DNA of 64,000 nt from Octopus sinensis (taxonomy: Eukaryota). The notes under the pieces are model-generated. The model was not told the DNA's origin and searched no databases. It was given only the letters and a program-made list of their open reading frames with translations. This document shows positions 38,231-52,559 of the stretch, piece by piece (position 1 is the stretch's first letter; each line of letters opens with the position of its first letter). Made by a program: the position numbers and the translations under genes. The stretch spans positions 56,730,001-56,794,000 of the forward strand of contig NC_043004.1 of assembly GCF_006345805.1 (NCBI RefSeq), in the 5' to 3' direction.

Positions 38231-38644
38231 TCTTACAACTACACAAGTAACTATCCTTGCGAACATTCTAATTGTGGGTTTCTACATATATTATAGCCAT
38301 ATGCATAAAACAAGGAAATCTCACAAAAATACTTTCTCTCGATCACTCACCACAGTGATGTATTGCCTGCCATATGAATTCTTTTACTTGTCTGCGAGGT
38401 TCACGCGAACCACTTGACATCAACATTCTCAGACATACCAGTCAGTCAAATGATGCTTAGAAATTACACACGTACGCACACGAACACACACATCTATCTA
38501 TCTATCGTTGATATAAAAATGATACATAAACTAAACAAATTTGATTAGGAATTTCATGCTAATACTAAACACTATTTTCAAATATAACACTTATTTTACT
38601 AAATTGAATTATTTACATACACAAATAAATTTAGTGCTTTCATA

Positions 38645-38875
38645 TCTATATATATAAAACTGAGAATGTCTGTCTGTGTGTTTCCCTAAAACTTGAGAAC
38701 TACACGACAAATTTCATTAAAATTTTACACATGCCTTACTTAGGGTCCATGTAGTGTCATGGGCAATGTTTAACTTCTTGCCTAGAGCGAGCCCACAGAA
38801 ATATCATATCTTCTCCACTATTTCAGTATTACGTGTTAAAAGTGAAACAAAACATCTCTCTATTGTATGTATATA

Positions 38876-38914
<39 letters not shown>

Positions 38915-38916
38915 TA

Positions 38917-38961
<45 letters not shown>

Positions 38962-40007
38962 ATAACAATATAATAAATAAATGAAATATATGCATATATA
39001 TGTACATACTTACATCTATATATATATATATATGTATATATATGTATTACAAAACATAAAGTTATATCTTGATATCGTTAGTGACAACAACGCTCAACAT
39101 ATATAACAGACTGGAATAGTAGTGCTCTATTTGAGGTGTAATCCGAGGGGAAGCAATGCGAGCAGCAACTGCAAGAGCACTACAGAATCCACAGAAAGAT
39201 CAAACACATACATATATTCATATATTCATTTATATTTACAGAACAGATATAAAGCCTGACGTTTAGAAAGATATAGTAATATATAAATATATAAACCTCA
39301 TATAAAAATATACTGTACGCATAAGATCCACTCAACGTTCCATAAGAAATTTAGAAATAAAAATTGCAATAAAAGTTAGAGGTAATAATAACAATTGAAT
39401 TAAATATAGTAAATATAGTAAGTATTAATCAAAATAAAACTAAAACATGGTAATTAAATCGTAATATAACAATTAAAAGTAAAAATAGCTATTAGTAAAA
39501 AATGTATCAAGGACTTGAACTCGAATATGTGGCTTTGAATGAATGGGAGAAGTTAAAAGATGAACAATTTGAGTGCAGAAGTGAATTAGTCCAGATGGAG
39601 CTGTGCGCATACCATTTACTATAGCTGCTAGATTGAATTATATGCCTATAAAGTAGCATTCAGTATCTATGAGAATTTTTGGGAGTACGTAATGTCTGGT
39701 CTTTCGCAAGTAGCAGGTATGTTATTGTGCATTTGTTTCCGTGTACTATGTGTTGTGTATACAAATCATCCTGACGATAGGAGTGTCAATTTTAAATATA
39801 TGTCATGTTTCATATTAATTGGTGTATCTCCGTATATGAACTTTTATGTATTTTTGTATATTTGTATATTTATCTTCTATGTATTTTTCTCTGGGATTTT
39901 AATTCGTCTCTTTAATGTCATTGTATGTTTTATTACCCCAAATTTTTAATTTAAAAATTTATACCAAACTAGCACTATGAACCGGCAACGCCGGGTCATA
40001 ATGCTAG
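38645..40007 (+). mobile_element. Non-autonomous Helitron
   Basis: 5' A|TCtatatatataaaactgagaatgtctgtctgtg; 3' GC hairpin ccggcaacgccgg followed by CTAG|T at 40004-40008; no TSD. That these two ends belong to one element is inferred. Confidence 0.65.
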
Positions 40008-40169
40008 TACCCTATAAAGTAATAGGAAGTAGTTTTTTAAGAGAAATAAGGAAAAAAGTATGCAACACACTGTTCTTGCTACCTTAATTAGGTATCATTG
40101 TTATAAATGAAAAGAAGTGAGTTTAATAGAGTTTAATAGAGTAAAATTTGGATTAAATAGTCATCCTGA

Positions 40170-40385
40170 CAAAGGCGTGGGACAGGTACAATCGTTAGCG
40201 TGCCGAGTTAACTGTTCAGCTGCATTTCGTTTATCTGCAGGTGCTTTGTTCATATTCTGCTGAGGCAGAGCGTGGCTTTCTTTTTTTCAAAATTCAAGGT
40301 CGATAAATAAGTGTCAAGTTAATCACTTGGGTTGATGTAAATTGACTTACCCCTTTCCAGCAAAATGCTGGCCTTCTGCCAATAT
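40170..40385 (+). mobile_element. SINE family C, degenerate
   Basis: aaggcgtggga...atcgttagcgtgccg...ggtcgataaataagt...gggttgatgtaaattgacttacccc. Confidence 0.6.
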
Positions 40386-40394
40386 TTAATATAA

Positions 40395-40461
40395 ATGGCC
40401 ACAGCTCATTAGCTGAAACTGGAAAAATCAAAAATCAAAATCAAAAATCAAAAATCAAATC
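40395..40461 (+). mobile_element. Extremely 5'-truncated copy of the CR1-group LINE (tail only)
   Basis: atggccacagctcattagctgaaactggaaaaatcaaaaatc... matches 35792-35850 and is followed by a long TA-rich array. Confidence 0.85.
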
Positions 40462-40750
40462 ATATATATATATATATATATAATATATATATATATATAT
40501 AATATATATATGTATATATAATATATATATATATATGTATAATATATGTATATATATATAGATATATATGTATATATATATATATATATGTATATGTATA
40601 TATATATGTATAATATATATATATATATATTATATATATATATGTATATATTTATATATGTATATATAATATATATATATGTATATATATATATGTATAT
40701 ATATATGTATAATATATGTATATATGTATATATGTATATGTATATATATG

Positions 40751-40783
<33 letters not shown>

Positions 40784-41251
40784 GTATATGTATATATATG
40801 TATATATGTATATGTATATATATGTATATATGTATATGTATATATATATATGTATATATGTATATGTATATACATATATATATTTATGTATATGTATCTA
40901 TATATATATATGTATATGTATCTATATATATATATGTATATGTATATATATATACGTATATGTATATATATATACGTATATGTATAAATACATATGTATA
41001 TATATATGTATATATATGTGTATATATATGTATATGTACATGTATATATGTATATGTATATATGTATATGTATATATATATGTGTATATGTATATATATA
41101 TGTGTATATGTATATATATATGTATATATGTATATGTATATATATACGTATATGCATAAATATATGTATATGCATAAATATATGTATATGTATAAATATA
41201 TGTCTATGTATAAATATATGTATATGTATATATATGTATATGTATATATAT

Positions 41252-41283
<32 letters not shown>

Positions 41284-41372
41284 GTATATACATATATATA
41301 TGTGTGTGTATATATATATCTATATGTATATATATATGTATATGTATATATATATGTATGTATGCATATATA
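40462..41372. repeat. (TA)n/(TATG)n array
   Basis: Direct reading. Confidence 0.95.
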
Positions 41373-42549
41373 CAGACAAGCATATTAAAAGTGGTCCGTT
41401 GGAAAACTCATTTAAAGAAAAGGGTTGCACTGTTGGAAACCACTATGAAAATCTTGTGAACCACTACTGTAGGCAATTCTCTATTAACTCTTGACTAGAA
41501 ATTTAGTTTAGATGTTTGAACGAGGACCTCAGTAGAATATGAACTCAGAATTTAAATGGCCGTAACCAAATACTGCATGACATTTTTTTGCTTCACCATA
41601 TATTCTGCCGAAATATTTTCTAAAACGGAAAATAAAAATAATTTATGTTTCTTAGTGGGATTCGAACACAGAACATAAATAATCGTATCTAAAACCTACA
41701 GTCTACGGACGGTCGAATAATAAAACCCGCTTCTCAAATTGGAAATGAACGACTGCTATGAAGTAGTTTTGACTGCTGAAAGTCAATGTTTACAACACAA
41801 GCAATAGTAATATTTCAAATCTAACGGACGTTACACAACTGAATTGGTAATAACGTGATTGTTATCTCAAGCTAGCACGTTTAAACATGCAGGATGTGTG
41901 AAACGAACCAGTAATCAGTTACGCCTGTCAGTTACACGTCAAGTTCGATGAAGAATTTCAAGAGATGTAAGACTTTATTGCGTTTGGGAAGTCAATGTAA
42001 CTGAATAAAAATAGCTTTTCAATCGTAGCAGCAGGATCAATCCTACTTTACTAGAAAGGTTTTACGTTGTTCACATGACGCCTAGATGCGTGTGTGTATA
42101 TATTGAAGCTGACATGGTAACATTTAGGCCAATAATTTAAATTAAGAGCTGATTTAAGTACAATGTATCATATATTATATTGCTTGAGTAAAGCTAAACG
42201 TCCTACAGCTATCGTTTTTCAAGTTAGAATATACGAATGACATTCAAGTCGTATTTGAACATCTGTCGTTAATGAGTCCGGCATCACACTGAAGTTGGCA
42301 GAAGACAGGTGTTCTTGTATGACAATGAGGCGTTACAGTATATTTGAATTAACTACCAAGAAATAAATCACATTCGTATCTATGCTTAAATTTTAATATC
42401 TGCTACGAAAAGAAATGCATAAAATTAGATGTTCTCTTGCTCACAAAAAACTTTTGAAGCAGTTTTCTAAATGATAACTTTCTAGTCGGACATGTATTTT
42501 TTGAGAAAAATAAGTTCCTTTCCGCTATAGGCTTAAGTTTGAACACACT

Positions 42550-43215
42550 GAAAGCGGCGAGCTGGCAAAATGGTTAGTACGCCGGGCAAATTGTTTTGCG
42601 GCATTTAGTCCGTCTTTCCGTTCTAAGTTCAAAATTTGGGGGTTAGTGGGTGGGAATAGTTGTTTAATTTAGCCAGAGTGTTCAGCTTGCACTTATTCTA
42701 TCAATTCCAAAGAGATGAAAAGCAATGTTTAACTTCGCTGCAATTTGAGCTCAGAGCTTGCAGACAGACTAAATGACGCAAAACAGTTTCCCCAGCATGC
42801 TAACAATTTTTCCAGCTCGCTGCCTTCCGTGTGTTCAAAATTAAGCAATATTGTTACAAGGCAGCGAGCTGGCAGATTTGTTAGCACGGGTAAAATGCTT
42901 TACGGCATTTCGTCCATCTTTATGATCTACGTTCACAAGACGCCGAGGTCGACTTTCCTTTTCATCTTTTCGGGGTTGATAACTTAAGTGCCAGGAAACG
43001 CTGGGGTCGATGTAATCGACCATCCCCACCCCCAGAATTTCAGGTCTCTCCTTTGGTAGAGAGTACGAACAGGGAGAATACTTAGCATGTTGGATAAATT
43101 ACTTAATGTCAATTCTACCGGGTTTAGGTTCTGATTAAAAATATCACTGAAATCAATATTGCTTTCATCATTTTGAGGAATTTTCAGGCTTTCTCCCTAT
43201 TCTAGAAGAGATTAC
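42550..43215. mobile_element. Cluster of about four SINE family C copies or fragments (42550-42635 +, 42650-42825 -, 42858-43065 +, 43070-43215 +)
   Basis: Repeated gcgagctggca...gttag heads and gaggtcgactttccttttcatcttttcggggttgata Nin-like core. Confidence 0.7.
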
Positions 43216-44823
43216 TATTATCATTTACCCTCTTTAATCCATCCTGTTTTTCATATTTTCTTTTACCTTTCTTCCATCTAGGCATTTACTTATTAGTGTG
43301 TACTAAATATATTAGCATTTAAGATTGGTGCTATTCGGGCGAATTTTTACTCTTCAATATCAGATTGAACGACCTAAATGAACATGTGGCGATGACACAG
43401 TAGGGCTGAACTACATAGACGAGGATTATAATTTAAAAACTTCGAAGCATATGCATATACTGGTTATCGTCTTCATCGTATACTAGTTACAGTGTAACTG
43501 ATCAGGTTGTAGATAGTGGGACGTAAACTATGACTGCAAAAAACAAATGAGTGCAGTTTTTGTGTGTTTATGAATGGCTCGTATTTATCTCCTACGCTGT
43601 AATAGCATCCTTATTGTCTAAATTTGACTTCTATTTCACTTGATTACAAGGAAATAAAGCCATGTTAATTCTAGAAAAACAAGCTTAATTTTATTGCATT
43701 CCTAGATTCCGAGCGCCCCAATTTTTGTTGTCATTCCATGAAATAATTGTGGCAAAAATGTTTAATTTACGAGAGATCTGACGTATGCAATGTTCTCATA
43801 AAACTCGTATAATACTTAAACGCAAAATTATAATACTTAAACGCGAAATTTCGTATAAGACTTAAACGTATCACATACACTTAAATGAATAAAGACGATA
43901 TTAACTCAATTAATATTGCTGGGGTGAAAAAGTACGAGATAAAGTATAATTACATTTGAGATATGGTTCCTCGAGAAATTTTGTTTAGTGAATGCATTTA
44001 GCACCATCACTAAACGAGCTAGAATTAGCAATTTCTTTTTTTAAGTACGCTCTACCAATTTCATAAAGGCATATGCCACAACCACGAATCAAGTACTGAG
44101 ATATATTATAGTGAAAATAATTTGAATTTTTCTTACTGTTACACGCACAACTCAACGTTTCATTTGGTTTTGTGTATCATTGATTTATAATTTTCCTCTG
44201 TTAACGTATTTATATTCTACATTTATGTATAATACATGAAATGGTGAAAGTTATTGAATAAAACACTGGTATTCTATCAATTTATCACTCCTTGTATAAA
44301 TAAATATAACACCATTTTACTGGAAATACTACTTGCAATGTAAAAAAAAAAGATAATAAGTGAAGGCTAAAACAACTACCAAACTAACAAGCAGCTGTTT
44401 ATGTGTATGCAATATGCGATATTATTTTTTTGAAAATTTAGTTTATATTGAATTTATTATAATTTTTTGTGTGTATTGTCTCTATTTCTTGCTATGTTCA
44501 TTTAGAATATTTATTCGCTCTTCTTTAAAAAACATAGCATGATTTTAGCTATTAGAATAAATGTTTGAGTTCCATTGCATTTTAAAATAAAATGTAGACT
44601 GGGATTCATAGCATTGTAAAATATAAATGGCGATCATGTAGCCACCCACTTTCAACTTTCTTATTTAGTTGTGAATATTTTAACACAATTTTTGCATCGG
44701 ATTTATCTTGTTGCTTTTGAATCTGATACTGTAGCTGTTCTTTAATTGGAGATAGATTTACCTGATCTGAATTTTAGATGCTGGTATTGCTAATACACCA
44801 TGCCATGTATTAACCTTTTGGTA

Positions 44824-44859
<36 letters not shown>

Positions 44860-45599
44860 CATATATAGAATTCAGTATTAAAATATCGTATATAACTTTA
44901 TTCTTATAACTTTGGCTACATTATGCACAGGTAATTCTATTAAAAGTGTTATAAGATTTGTGTAGTGTAAACAATATATTTTACATCACCATGACAAGAG
45001 AAAATTTGCGAAAATATTTCGAATCTCTCTGCCTGTATATATATATATATATATATCTGTAGATTTTTTTAATATTCTATTTGCATTCATCTACTTGCGT
45101 ATGTAAAAGATGTTTTTGCTTCCTAAATATAGAAGTAAAATGTAATTGAACACAACGATAAACATCGTACGAACACGCATACGCAATACAACCAAACATA
45201 GATCCGCATATATGGAAAACATATGTGCCTATATTTATTTGTAAGTATATATTTTTCATGTCTGTACAGTTTAAGATCTTTCCTATAAGCAGTCTATGTT
45301 TCTTTTCTTTGCATAATTTAAAAAACTTATCACAAAATAAATTATCGTGTACTACAAAAAAATGGTGCTGTTTTTAATACAAAATTCCTATTCCAATATA
45401 TATATGTATATATATATACATGTGTGTGTGTGTCTGTGTGTTCATGTGTGCGTGAGTGTGTTTGTATTAATAACTATTCAAATAAATAAATATGTATTAA
45501 TATATATCTATACACACACAGATATATTTATATACATACATATATACATATATATATACATATATATTTATATACTCACATATAAACATACATGCATAC

Positions 45600-45630
<31 letters not shown>

Positions 45631-45765
45631 TATAATTCAGACACACACCCACAAACAAACAAACAAAAAACATACCGTTACAGGCATATATGTATGAATT
45701 GCAGCAAGTTATAGCATGTAAAAAATATCCGTTTTAATAAATAATACTTGCAATTTATATTCTAT

Positions 45766-45830
<65 letters not shown>

Positions 45831-46307
45831 ATAAGAATTTTGAATAGTTTAAGTGTATGATTAAGTAGACACGATAACATAAACACACTGCCATACACAC
45901 ATACGTGAAAACTTATATACACACACTTGGTTGTCTTCCTTTTAGAATGTGCGTTTCTCTCATTTTGTGTATAATATATATATATAAGCAAGTAAACATT
46001 ACGTGCATCGGAACAGGACAAGCGGTATGAGATGTGAATTATATTAATTTAGAATATTAGGTTTACAACCGTTTCGCATGCTCCGTCATACACTTACAAA
46101 TCAATGCAAAGACTAGATCATTAGCTCCACGGATTAAAGTGGTTACACCAATGCTTCAAATTGGTTGGTTTCAATTATACAATGCGTATCATGCAGACAG
46201 GTGCAAACATGTAAAATAGTTTATTATACACAGAAATTATTACCGCATCATGAAGGCTACAAATCGGGCGTAATTCTAGGGATAAAAAATTGTTAAATAA
46301 ATATATT

Positions 46308-46712
46308 AGGCGTAAGAGTGGCTGCGTGATAAGTAGCTTGCTTACCAACTACATGGTTCCGGGTTCGGTCCCACTACTTGGCACCTTGGGTAAGTGTGTT
46401 CTACTATAACCTCGGGCCGACCAAAGCCTTGTGAGTGGATTTAGTAGATGGAAACTGAAAGAAGCCCGTCGTATATATGTATATATATGTGTGTGTGTGT
46501 GTGTGTTTGTGTGTCTGTGTTTGTCCCCCCAACAACGCTTGACAATCGATGCTGTTGTGTTTACGTCCCCGTAACTTAGCGGTTCGGCAAAAGAGACCGA
46601 TAGAATAAGTACTCGGCTTACAAAGAATAAGTCCTAGGGTCGATTTTCTCGACTAAAGGCGGAGCTCCAGCACGGCCACAGTCACATGACTGAAACAAGT
46701 AAAAGAGTGAAA
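46308..46712 (+). mobile_element. SINE family A, full length
   Basis: Colinear with the 5813 copy. Confidence 0.92.
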
Positions 46713-47129
46713 GATTATATTAACGTCCCATACTTCCTGATGTTGTATTTCTTCGATTATATCTTCTAGATTTTAGTCGCTGTTATAAAGGCCTACATAT
46801 TAAATTACTATGTAGCATGGTAGCCTGGTCCACTAAAAGAACGTTCTGTGATAGCCAAATTATTCCATGAATCCATTTATCGCGCTACAAATATATAAAT
46901 TATCTATATCTATGTGTGTGCATGCGTATGTGTTTGTGTGTATGTGGAGGCCGTATTGGTGAGATCGTTGGAAAGTCGGACAGTGGTCTGCATAGTTTTC
47001 TGTCATTTGTAACTTCAAATCTTACCGATAGATGTGTTAGTTTTCGTTCGTTCATTGTTGTTAGTATAAAATCCCAGTGCACTACGCCAGTGGAATTTTC
47101 ATTGGCGTAACCATGACGTTCGAATGATC

Positions 47130-47528
47130 AGATGAACTAGCCGACTGTATCTGAATTCATCTGCAAATGTACACCTATTTAGTACAATGCGTAGCATGCA
47201 TCTTGGTGCAGACATGTCAAATAATTTATACACAGAAATTATTACTGCATGATGGTTACGAAATTGACGTAAGCCTAAGGATAACAAATGGTTATATACA
47301 TATATAAATATTGGGAGGTTTTGGCCGCCATGGGTTTTGCAGTAAATCACTAAATCATCCATAACTTTTGTATTATCCTGTCACATTACACCAAAATCTC
47401 AGACGACAATAACTAATATAGTATTTATTGTCTGTGAAAATTATACAATATAAACCAACTTTGATAAAAACTTATACCTACTTTTCTGGTGAAAACAATG
47501 CCGTTCTGAACATTTTGGCCGCAACTGT
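47130..47528 (-). mobile_element. Tc1-like relic with one terminal repeat
   Basis: Reverse complement of the right end is TA|cagttgcggccaaaatgttcagaac (Tc1-like TIR); internal CTFADEFRY resembles the VLFSDESRF catalytic motif. Confidence 0.4.
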
Positions 47529-47769
47529 ATATATATATATATATATATAGTTAATCCAAACATGAACACACAAAGAGAAAACACAACAACACGAGGACAT
47601 GGAACAAGTACAGTATTATTGGACGCTCAGGAAATAAGGAAAGGAGGGTTTAACGTTTAGATATCACTTTATGAAGTAAAGGTGTGTTAATGCCATGTTT
47701 ACATCGGCATGCACGCCCTATAACCGTCTTTACAAGGGATATTAACAAAAAAGAAATGAAAATATGTAT

Positions 47770-47913
47770 GCATGTATATATATATATATATATATATATA
47801 GATATTATATATATAGTATATATATATGTCCTATATATATGTATATATATGTATATATATGTATATATATCCATATATATGTGTATATAAGTATATATAT
47901 GTATATATGTGTA

Positions 47914-47992
<79 letters not shown>

Positions 47993-49038
47993 GTATATAT
48001 AATATATGTATATATATATATATGATATATATATATATGTATAATGTATCTATATATATATGTATATATATACATGTATATATGTATATATATAATATGT
48101 ATATATATATACATGTATATATATATATATATGTATATATATACATGTATATATATATATATGTATAATATACATGTATATATATATGTATATATATGTA
48201 TATATATACATGTATATTAATGTATATATTATGTATATATGTATATGTATATATGTATATGTATATGGATATGTATATATATATGTATATATATATATGT
48301 TATATATACGTATATATATATACGTATATATATATATATGTATATTTATATATGTATATATATATGTATATAATATATATATGTATTATAATGTATATAT
48401 ATATATAATATATATATGTATATATATATATATGTATATATATATATGTATATATATATATGTGTATATATGTATATGTATATATGTATATGTATATATG
48501 TATATGTATATATGTATATGTATACATGTATATATATGTATATGTATATATGTTATATGTATATGTATATATATGTATATATATATATATGTCTATATGT
48601 ATGTATATATATATGTATATATGTATTCTATATATGTATATATGTATATATGTATATGTATATATGTATATATGTATATATATGGGTATATATATATATG
48701 TATATATGTATATATATATATGTATATATATATATGTATATGTATATATAGATATAATATATATGTATATATATATGTATATATATATGTCTATATAATA
48801 TATGTATATCTATATATGTATATATGTATATTTTGTTATATATATATGTATTATATATATATATGTATATGTATATATGTATATATAATGTATATGTATA
48901 TTGTAATATATGTATATATATATATGTATATTATATATATAGTATTATATATATGTCATATATATATATGTATATATATATATGTATATATATATTATGT
49001 ATATATATATGTATATATATATATATGTATAATATATG

Positions 49039-49083
<45 letters not shown>

Positions 49084-49146
49084 GTATATATATATATATG
49101 TATATATATATATGTATATATATATATATGTATATATATATGTATA
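47770..49146. repeat. About 1.4-kb (TA)n/(TATG)n array
   Basis: Direct reading. Confidence 0.95.
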
Positions 49147-52100
49147 TGATTGATTGATTGATTGATTGATTCTAGTTTCAGCTTATGAGCTGTGGCCATG
49201 CTGGGGCACCGCCATTTGGTGTTGCTACTTGGTTTCACTTCATGGAGGCTTTCTAGCAACTGCTATTTGGTGCATGAGAGAGTTCGATGCAGCTGCCCTC
49301 ATCTGCCCCTCCTGCCGTGAAGTGGTTCATCTGGGACACCTGACAGGAAGAGATCCAGCTTCATTTTAAAGACATCTGTATCCACCCCATGCAGGTCTCT
49401 CAGGTTCTTCGGGAGGATATTGAAGAGCTGTGGGCCTCGGAAGCCCAGGCTATCACAGAATCTTGTCCTACATCTTGATGGCAGGTTTGGAGTCCTAGGC
49501 ACCACGCAGTGGCGCCCAGTTCTGGCATTTGCGTAACTCTCGATGCCAAAGTTCAGGACACTTCCCTCCAGGATCTTCCAGATGTATATTATGGCATATC
49601 TTTCCCGCCTACGCTCCAGGGAATATAATTTTAATCTCTTGAGTCTTTCCCAGTAGCTTACATTCTGCATAGAGGCTATCTTCTTTGTGTAGCTTCGTTG
49701 GGTCGCCTGGAAGACACTTGTCCTAAGCCACTTGACTATTGCTCTCAGCTATGGTCACCATCCAGTGTCAGTTGATCACAGGACTTGTCCTGTGATCAAC
49801 TTGACATGGATGGTGACCATAGCTGGAGCAATAGTCAAAGTGGCTTAGGACAAGTGTCTTCCAGAGGACCATCATGGTTTCTTGTTCTCTTGTTCTAAGG
49901 TTCTAAGAATCCATCCAGCCAGCCGTCTACATTTCAGTGTCAGTTTAGCAACATGTACATGAAAGGTCGCGTCATCACTCATGTGAATACCAGGTCACGC
50001 ACTGATTGTGCCTCTGGGATTGCAATCCCTCCGGGTCCAGTGTATTCATTGGGTATTGCATTCAGTTTTGCATGCTGATAGTATAAAGCTTGAAACTTTC
50101 CAGCATTGAACTGCATGCTATTCTTTTCAGCCCACTTGTATATTTCGTCCAGCTCACATTGCAGGTGTTTAGTGTCCTCAGGGTTCTGTATTGCCTGTGA
50201 AACTTTTGTATCATCTGCATAACTTGTGATCGTGGCTCTCTGCGTGGCTGAGGGCATGTCTGAGAGGGCCATTATGAACAGTAGTGGTCCCAGAACAGTG
50301 CCCTGCGGAACACCGCTCACTATTTGTGTGTTAATGGAGGTGGCCCCATTGGCTACTACCACCTGACTTCTATCCTTCAGAAAGTCATGAAGCCATTCTC
50401 CCAGTTTTCCAACTATGTTGAGATCACGCAGTTTGTGACATATCATTCCATGATCGACTTTATCAAAGGCCTTTGCAAAGTCGAGATATATCACTTCCAC
50501 ATTTGAGTGGTTGAGCAGCCGTTTCAGCACCCAGTCATAGTGTTGTAGGAGCTGAGTTAAACAGCTTCTCCCTGGTCGGAAACCATGTTGGGTGTCGGGC
50601 AGCAAGTCATTCTCTTCAAGGAAGGTGATCAGCTTCCTTCTGACTATTCGTTCCATGACCTTGCTGATGTGTGAGGTCAGAGAGATAGGTCTATAGTTCT
50701 TGGCTTCCGCTCTGCTACCTCCTTTATGAATGGGGCATATTTTACCTTCCTTCAGTTTTCCTGGAAGTTTGCCAGCTGCAAGGAAGCTCTGAAAGAGGAA
50801 CTGCAGTGGTCTTGCTAGGACTCTCTTACATGCTTTTAGGAGGATTGCCGGGAATCCATCGGGGCCAGTAGCTGAGTCTGTTTTCATTTCATCTATAGCC
50901 TTGGTTACATCTTCTTCCTTTATATCGATGTAATCTATCGTCGCCGATTTATATATCTGATTTTATATCTGCAGTGTTAAAAAAGTCAGTTGGATTGGTG
51001 ATTTGGAGATGCCCAAGGGGTGGAGTGAAAACACTCTTGAATTGCTCATTCAGTATTTCACTTACCCTCATTGGTTTTCCTGTAAGTGTGCCATCCTTTT
51101 CGAGGAGTGGCCCTATTCTACAGTGCACTGTAGCTGTTTCTTTGGCATACCTGTAGAAAGCTCTGGGGTTAGATTTTATGTTTTCTATAGCCCAGGCTTC
51201 TATGTCTGCTCTTTCTTTTTCATGGGAGAGTTGCAGACATTTTTCGATTTCCAACAGTTTTATATTTAGGCGGGACTTTTCACTGCTTTCAATCTGTTTG
51301 TTTAGGCGATTTGAAAATTTCGTACGCCGTCTCATTAAAATTTTCCTCTCTCTGGGGATTTTGTTCTTGTGTACAGTGGCCTTTCTCTCTGGGACACATT
51401 TGTAGCATATGGCTTGCATTACAGACATGAATTGTTGAAGTTTCACGTCGATGTCTGGCGAGGAGAGACATTTAGGCCAGTTTTGTTTGAGGATCTCTTT
51501 CTCAATTTGTTTCCAGTTTGCCTTATGGTAGTTCAAGCTGGAAAGATTTTGAGGGTTTCTTGTAGGCTGCATGTCCGTGCTCTTTTGGCCCGTACATGGT
51601 CAGCTCTATCATGTTGTGATCGAGAGTAGTGTCGGTGTCACTTTCACATTATGGATGAGATCCATGTCATTTGTGAAGCAGAGATCCAGTGTGTTTCCTG
51701 CCCTGGTTGGTTGGAGTATTACCTGCTCCATGTACAGGGTGTTGATGAGGTTCAGGAGGGACCTCGCCTGTCCTGGTTCACATCTTGTCATTCCTGGGAG
51801 AGAAAGGCCCTCGGGCCATCTGACATTGGGCAGATTGAAGTCTCCCATAAGAAGCACACCTATGTGTTGTTCTAATGTGGTTAGAATTTCTTCTATTTTT
51901 ATAAGGCAGTCTTCAAACTTGCCCACATGGCTTGGGGCATCTGGAGGGCGATATGTAGCACACACAACTACATCAGTTGCCTGATATGTACAATTAGTGT
52001 GTCACACACCGAGTTTGAGTATGACAAGAGGACCTGGGGTGTGAGGTCCTCACGGATGTACATAGCAACACCTCCATGACTCCTTTCTTTCCTGTCGGTC

Positions 52101-52222
52101 CGTAGTACAGCATACTGTGGTATGTGTAACTCCGCATCTGCTATGTCCGGTTTCAGGTGCGTTTCTGTAAGTGCTATGCATAAGGCTTGATTGCATGCAA
52201 CAAAGTCTCTCAGGAACGGGAT
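49147..52222 (-). mobile_element. 5'-truncated sister copy of the CR1-group LINE (partial APE, RT, tail)
   Basis: Near-identical to about 32855-35820. ORFs 51609-51965, 50949-51572, 49979-50887 and 49299-49670; (ATCA)n tail; TA arrays on both sides. Confidence 0.95.
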
Positions 52223-52327
52223 CTATATATGTATATATGTATATATGTATATGTATATATGTATATATGTATATATAGATATATATATATGTATATATAT
52301 ATGTATATATATATGTATATATATATG

Positions 52328-52393
<66 letters not shown>

Positions 52394-52398
52394 ATATG

Positions 52399-52430
<32 letters not shown>

Positions 52431-52559
52431 TGTATTTATATATGTATATATATATGTATATGTATATATGTATATAATATGTAATATATATATATATATA
52501 TATGTATATATCGCCATGTTGATATATGATATATGTATATATCGCCATATATGTATATA

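Noticed and set aside
46061-46099. UGACGG-AGCAUGC-GAAAC hammerhead-like motif (minus strand)
   Set aside because: Core positions deviate without compensation and no stem I can form.
40546-49157. Long Y/I/M/C/V-rich ORFs (for example 40546-41388 and 48174-49157)
   Set aside because: Translations of (TA)n/(TATG)n microsatellites, not genes.
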